The notes beneath the pieces were generated by a model. That model saw nothing but the letters and a program-made list of their open reading frames with translations. It made no database searches and was not told the origin of the DNA. Shown here piece after piece: positions 57,502 to 64,000 of a DNA stretch of 64,000 nt (within the stretch, counting starts at the first letter, position 1; each line of letters starts with the position of its first letter). Position numbers and translations under genes: made by a program. The DNA is from Candidatus Latescibacterota bacterium (GTDB lineage Bacteria; Latescibacterota; UBA2968): NCBI GenBank assembly GCA_965116885.1, contig OZ220741.1, positions 3,200,001 through 3,264,000 on the forward strand, in the 5' to 3' direction.

Positions 57502-58734
57502 CTATACCTCCAACAAGTTCTGGATAAATAGATCTTCAATGCCTATTTCATTTTTCAAGAAAACCTTGATTGCATCACTATCCTCTGGCTTTATTATTTT
57601 GGAAAATCCTTCATCGTCTCTCGTTATGAGCAAGATATTCTCCAAATCCGCGTGTTTAACCATTTCTGGATTATGAGTTGTTGCCAGTATCTGCCTATTT
57701 TTTGATGCCTCTCTGAACATATCCATCACTCTTGAGATTAAATAAGGATGGACATTCCTTTCAGGTTCTTCTATAATGACTGCCTGTTTCTGTTCGAAGT
57801 AAAGCGCGATAATTAAAGCGATAACATTGACAGTGCCATCAGAAATCAAAGAGGCTGGTAGCCCTTCCTTTTTAGCATACTTTTCACGTAGCCTAAAGAA
57901 TATGGATTTATCTACTACCCTTTCCACATTTATATCGTGAATGAATGGCAGGATATCCCGAAATAAATTGAGAAATCTTCGTCTATCTTCTTCTATCCTC
58001 AGGATATTGTTCAGTACTATGGTGAGATTGCTACCATCCATCTCCAATTCTGAGAGACCTGTGATGGGTACAGGTCTCTTGGATAATTTGGGTTCAAAGT
58101 CATAGATACCGATATTTCTAAATCCATTCAAAGCTGATTTTAGGAACACACCAGCAAAAGGTGACTCAATCAAGAGTGGTATTTCATTATACAAAGGCGG
58201 TTCCTTGGTAATTAACAGATCTTCCAAGAATGGAGGTATATCCATATCGGGATTATTTAAGTCTATATTTAGTTTGCCATTAAGACTGGAATATTTGATG
58301 TTAAATTTTTTCGAATTATTGATTTTTTTTTCTTCATAACAGCTCAATGTTATTTTGTCTTGATCAATAGTATATCCAAATTTTCGTGTATGGAATTTTA
58401 AAGAAAACTCATAGTCTATTTTACGAATTTTGAATGAGGGAGATTCGTGATGGTGTCCAAGCCAAAACCCCTCGGATTCGCCCTGCATAACTACGCGAAA
58501 CGAAAGGGGCCGGGAATGCGCAATCCTTATATTCCATAGATACTCTATACCCCCCTGAAGCGAAATTGCATTTTCCAATCCGTGAATAACAATATCTCTC
58601 AAAAATTGGAAGGCTTGAACGAGATTAGATTTTCCCGAGGCATTCGCTCCAACCAGTAAGTTGAAGTCGTTCAAGTGAATAGATTGATTATCGAAACTCT
58701 TAAAGTTTGATATTTCAATTTTTGTAATTTTCAT
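57502..58734 (-). CDS. ABC-type ATPase (AAA_15/AAA_21-like)
   Basis: ISNFKSF, Walker A GANASGKSN, signature ISDGT, Walker B IIEEPERNVHP, TTHNP. Confidence 0.92.
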   Translation of the reverse strand: MKITKIEISNFKSFDNQSIHLNDFNLLVGANASGKSNLVQAFQFLRDIVIHGLENAISLQGGIEYLWNIRIAHSRPLSFRVVMQGESEGFWLGHHHESPSFKIRKIDYEFSLKFHTRKFGYTIDQDKITLSCYEEKKINNSKKFNIKYSSLNGKLNIDLNNPDMDIPPFLEDLLITKEPPLYNEIPLLIESPFAGVFLKSALNGFRNIGIYDFEPKLSKRPVPITGLSELEMDGSNLTIVLNNILRIEEDRRRFLNLFRDILPFIHDINVERVVDKSIFFRLREKYAKKEGLPASLISDGTVNVIALIIALYFEQKQAVIIEEPERNVHPYLISRVMDMFREASKNRQILATTHNPEMVKHADLENILLITRDDEGFSKIIKPEDSDAIKVFLKNEIGIEDLFIQNLLEV

Positions 58735-58828
58735 GTTGGCAGCCTTGTAAGAATAGGCTTGACCTCTTTTACCATCAGGACCTTGTCCCGATCCACGAAA
58801 AAGATTCCCACAGAGATATTTCGCCCGC

Positions 58829-59599
58829 CTATTGAACACTGCTTTTTAGAGTGCGGGCGAATAGGTCGAGGACCGCATCCCAGGATTTTTCGGCGGCTTC
58901 CGCGTGGTAGTGTGTTAAACGCTGGGGGAAGAAATAGCCGTGTAGCGCACCGTGCATAAAGTCAATGCGATGTGGGACGTCACAGCGGGTGAGTTCGGTT
59001 TTGTAGAGTTGTAAGTGTTCTTCGGTTGCGCCGGCATCCCGGTCTGCCCAGCCAAAGTAGCCTTCGGCTCTGAGTTTGGGAATGGCGAGATGGGGCGAGT
59101 CTGTTGCATCCGTGACGAGTTTGCCGCCGTGAATGGAGGCAAAGGCCAAAACGTGATCGGGATACGTTGCCGCTGCAAAGAGGGCGTGGCGACCGCCCAT
59201 GCATGTGCCGATAGTGCCGACCCGTTGGGCATCGGCTTGAGGTTCTTCGTTGTCGAGGTGGCGAAGCAGGGCACCCGTGTCCTCAACGACCATGGCATTG
59301 GTTGTGCTGGTGTTGAGGTTCATCGGGTGCAGGGGGTCCGTTTTTTCGAGATTGAGATCGCCGCGCATAAATTTTTCGGGGTTGTAAGACGGATTCCCCA
59401 TGCGATAAAATAGGGAGGGGAGTACGGTGTAATATCCCGCGCGAGCAAAACGACGGCACATGTTTTTTATTTCGTCGCGAATGCCAAATATGTCAAAGTA
59501 GAAGATGACAGCGGGATGCGGTCCTTCGCCTTCTGGATGAAAGACACAGGTGGGCATTATACCGTCTGAAGTAGTAACTTCAATGGTTTTTTCGATCAT
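58829..59599 (-). CDS. Dienelactone hydrolase family protein
   Basis: DIFGIR, GTCMGG nucleophile, HGG, GALHGY. Confidence 0.9.
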   Translation of the reverse strand: MIEKTIEVTTSDGIMPTCVFHPEGEGPHPAVIFYFDIFGIRDEIKNMCRRFARAGYYTVLPSLFYRMGNPSYNPEKFMRGDLNLEKTDPLHPMNLNTSTTNAMVVEDTGALLRHLDNEEPQADAQRVGTIGTCMGGRHALFAAATYPDHVLAFASIHGGKLVTDATDSPHLAIPKLRAEGYFGWADRDAGATEEHLQLYKTELTRCDVPHRIDFMHGALHGYFFPQRLTHYHAEAAEKSWDAVLDLFARTLKSSVQ

Positions 59600-59661
59600 C
59601 GCGTTATCCTTAAAGCCGCGAAAATATGCACTCGCGGCTTTTGTTTTATATGTCTATTGGA

Positions 59662-60081
59662 TCAACTCGAAATGATGCCACCACTTGGTGGACTGCCTCC
59701 ACCTGGAACGCCACCCTGTCCGGGCAAACCGCCGGGCGGCATTGTGCCGGGGACGACGATGCGGGAAGATTCCTGGCGGCGGTATTCTTTGGCTTCTTCG
59801 ACCATTTGATCAACGGCGTGTTTGATGGCCTGGGGAAATTTTTCTATTGCTTCTTGAAGCGAAGCGGCTTCAATAGGGGCAGAGATTGGCAGAGGCCCCA
59901 TTTGAGATATGATTTGTGTGGAGCCGATGTATTGGGTGGGACGACTTGTGTCGTCTGTGCCATCGGTGTTGATGGGGATCAGGCGCCGAATTGTGGCGAC
60001 GCGCAAATCGGTGATGGATTCTTCTCGATAGAGGTTTTGTTGATCAACCTGAATCTGATCGAGTGGCAACTGGTCGGCCAT
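59662..60081 (-). CDS. Conserved hypothetical cytoplasmic protein
   Basis: NLYREESITDLRVATIRRLIP...SRIVVPG with a Gly/Pro tail; GGAG RBS. Confidence 0.7.
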   Translation of the reverse strand: MADQLPLDQIQVDQQNLYREESITDLRVATIRRLIPINTDGTDDTSRPTQYIGSTQIISQMGPLPISAPIEAASLQEAIEKFPQAIKHAVDQMVEEAKEYRRQESSRIVVPGTMPPGGLPGQGGVPGGGSPPSGGIISS

Positions 60082-60173
60082 GAGAGTCTCCAAAAAAAAA
60101 GGTTACGAGTGCGCCCTGCGAGGGCAATTAAATGTTGGCGTAAATATAGGACAAGTTGTGCGAATACGCACTT

Positions 60174-61544
60174 TTATTTTACTCTGTTAAGCCCGTTGAG
60201 CGCGGCAACGCGATAGGCTTCGGCCATTGTGGGATAGTTGAAGGTGGTGTTGATGAAGTACAGGAGTGTATTGGCTTCACCTTCTTGTGCCATAATGGCT
60301 TGCCCAATGTGGATGATTTCAGATGCCTGAGAGCCAAAACAGTGGATGCCCAAAATTTCAAAGGTTTCGCGATGAAAGATCATTTTGAGCATGCCGGTGA
60401 GCCTTCCCGTTAGCTGTGCCCGCGCGATATGGCGGAAGTAGGCGTGGCCCACTTCGTAGGGAACTTTTTGGGCTGTCAGTTCTTTTTCGGTAAATCCGAT
60501 AGAACTGATTTCGGGTATGGTGTAAATCCCCGTGGGGATGTCTTCCACGAGGTGTTGTTCGCATTCGCCAAAGATGAGATGGGTGGCGGCAAACCGCCCC
60601 TGATCGTAAGCCGCACTCGCCAGACTGGGAAATCCAACGACATCGCCAACAGCGTAAATATGGGGTTGGGCGAGTGTTTGGTACGCGTCGTTGATGAGAA
60701 TGGAACCGCGTTCATCTGTTTCGATTCCGATATTTTCCAGTCCCATGTGGTCTGAGTTTCCGGTGCGGCCTTCCGCCCAGAGGAGAATATCGCTGACAAT
60801 TTGTTTGTTGGATTTCAGGAATACGCGCGCTTCTTTGTCGTTGGCTTCAACGCGGTCGTATTCTTCGTTGTGGCGAATACGCACTCCGTTTTGGCTGAGA
60901 TGATAACTGAGGGCGTCGATGATTTCGTCGTCGAGATAGGAGAGCAATTGGCTTCGGCTGTTGATGAGATTGACTTTTATATTTAGACCGCGAAATATGG
61001 ATGCGTATTCGCAGCCGACTACTCCCGCACCATAAATAGTGATAATGCGCGGCGTTTCTTTGAGGTCCAGGAGGGAATCACTGTCGCGAATCCGGGGATG
61101 AGAAAAGGCGATGTCGGGTGGGTGATAGGGGCGAGATCCCGTGGCGATAATAAATCCCCGGGCGGTGTAGCGTTCAGTCCCTCCGTTGAGCAATGCGACT
61201 TCGGCGGTGTGTTCATTGACAAAAGATGCACGCCCCAGGATAATATCGACATCATTGCGTTCGTAATAGCCCGTGCGAAGGTCAACCTGATCTCCGATGA
61301 GGTCGGCGGCCCGGTCGAGCAGTTCGGGAAAACTCGTTGTGCTATGTGCATTGGTATCGATGAGTTGCTGGACATAGTGGCGCAGTGCTTTGCTCGGTAT
61401 TGTGCCTCTGTGTGTGCTGTTGCCGCCCACGTTTTTGAAATTGTCGATGACGGCAACACGCTTGCCTTCCTTGGCGGATTTCATCGCGGCGCCTTCTCCG
61501 CCAGGGCCAGTACCTATCACGATGATGTCGTAGTCGCAGGTCAT
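60174..61544 (-). CDS. sthA: Soluble Si-specific NAD(P)+ transhydrogenase
   Basis: [49 protein letters not shown]. Confidence 0.93.
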   Translation of the reverse strand: MTCDYDIIVIGTGPGGEGAAMKSAKEGKRVAVIDNFKNVGGNSTHRGTIPSKALRHYVQQLIDTNAHSTTSFPELLDRAADLIGDQVDLRTGYYERNDVDIILGRASFVNEHTAEVALLNGGTERYTARGFIIATGSRPYHPPDIAFSHPRIRDSDSLLDLKETPRIITIYGAGVVGCEYASIFRGLNIKVNLINSRSQLLSYLDDEIIDALSYHLSQNGVRIRHNEEYDRVEANDKEARVFLKSNKQIVSDILLWAEGRTGNSDHMGLENIGIETDERGSILINDAYQTLAQPHIYAVGDVVGFPSLASAAYDQGRFAATHLIFGECEQHLVEDIPTGIYTIPEISSIGFTEKELTAQKVPYEVGHAYFRHIARAQLTGRLTGMLKMIFHRETFEILGIHCFGSQASEIIHIGQAIMAQEGEANTLLYFINTTFNYPTMAEAYRVAALNGLNRVK

Positions 61545-62296
61545 TTTGGATCCAGATATCCCAATTGCACGAGAAAGTCGTCCATTTGCGCGACGGTTCG
61601 TTCGTAGTCTAATCCATCGCCGCGGCCGTGGTTGAAAAAGCCGTGTCCTTTGCCTTCGTACGCGCAGAGTTCACAGGTGTTGCCCGTTTTGTGCATGGCT
61701 TTTGTGAAGCGTTGGGCCTGTTCAAAAGGGACGGTTGTGTCATCCGTGCCGTGAAAAATTATAGTGGGTGGCAGGTTGGAACAGACGTGTTGAAGAGGCG
61801 AAATTGCCCGCGGGTCTCCGGGAAAACGTTCGGCGAGGCGTCCCAGAGCAATAACATCGACGACGGGGTTAAAGAGTACCATGGCATTGGGCCGGGAAGA
61901 TACCGCCATGTCTTCATCGGGCGCATCCTGTCCGGGAACAGTGCCGGTACACGCACCGACGTGACCGCCAGCCGATCCGCCACCCGAGGCAATGCGGTTG
62001 GGGTCGATGTTGAGTTCATCGGCATGCGCCCGCAGCCAGCGAACTGCTGATTTGCCATCTTCTACACATTCATAAGGCGAGGTGTTGTGTTTGCTTCTGA
62101 TGCGGTATTCAGCCGATGCAGCGAGCATTCCGCGTTCTGAGAGATACTGGCAGTGCGGAAAAAACTGTTGCGGATTGCCACCTGTCCAGCCACCGCCAAA
62201 GAAGAATACGATGGCGGCTGTTTGGTCATTAGTATCGGGTTCAAAGATGTGAATGGCGAGTTCGCCCTGGGGCGTGGTTTTGTATATGCGTTGCAT
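61541..62296 (-). CDS. Alpha/beta hydrolase (esterase/lipase, HSL-like)
   Basis: FFGGGW, GGSAGGH, HGTDD, HGFFN. Confidence 0.88.
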   Translation of the reverse strand: MQRIYKTTPQGELAIHIFEPDTNDQTAAIVFFFGGGWTGGNPQQFFPHCQYLSERGMLAASAEYRIRSKHNTSPYECVEDGKSAVRWLRAHADELNIDPNRIASGGGSAGGHVGACTGTVPGQDAPDEDMAVSSRPNAMVLFNPVVDVIALGRLAERFPGDPRAISPLQHVCSNLPPTIIFHGTDDTTVPFEQAQRFTKAMHKTGNTCELCAYEGKGHGFFNHGRGDGLDYERTVAQMDDFLVQLGYLDPK

Positions 62297-62310
62297 GGTG
62301 GGTGTCCCTT

Positions 62311-63990
<1,680 letters not shown>

Positions 63991-64000
63991 GCTATTTCCC

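Noticed and set aside
55717..58734. Zorya defence system (ZorA/B-like motor plus ATPase/nuclease)
   Set aside because: No long ZorA cytoplasmic tail, no OmpA domain in the partner, and the ATPase pair is on the opposite strand with different base composition.
59626..60216. 196 aa plus-strand ORF
   Set aside because: Antisense to the conserved hypothetical gene 59662..60081, which fits the co-directional operon.

Overview
A gene-dense 64 kb bacterial chromosome segment of roughly mid-range GC. It holds: (i) a complete alternative complex III (actABCDEF plus an actG-like gene) operon continuous with SCO and an A2-type caa3 cytochrome c oxidase (19.7-31.9 kb, minus strand); (ii) long runs of catabolic enzymes, including amidohydrolases, a sialate O-acetylesterase, MDR and Gfo/Idh/MocA dehydrogenases, two sulfatases, two galactonate-dehydratase-like enolases, NagA and an aldolase; (iii) a DUF1800-DUF1501-NHL trio and a DUF6785-like membrane protein; (iv) a small toxin-antitoxin patch with probable gene relics (11.2-12.9 kb); (v) an AT-rich ABC-type ATPase plus TOPRIM-like pair that is a candidate defence system; (vi) sthA and ettA. 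The dockerin-like tail, the DUF6785-like protein and the enzyme repertoire suggest a Latescibacterota-like marine or sponge-associated heterotroph (inference only). The best candidate for an undescribed system is a translationally coupled three-gene unit at 54.5-56.9 kb: a membrane-anchored lectin-like protein, a divergent MotA/TolQ/ExbB-type channel and a small single-TM partner with Glu where ExbD/MotB have Asp, with no TonB or TolA nearby. Other notable signals are an in-frame amber codon splitting a repeat/dockerin protein, a sharp GC-skew reversal at about 47.8 kb, two near-identical promoters, and a decamer inverted-repeat family that brackets one gene and overlaps a signal peptide. No rRNA, tRNA, CRISPR array or intact transposase was seen. 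All family calls come from motif recognition by eye, not from database searches.
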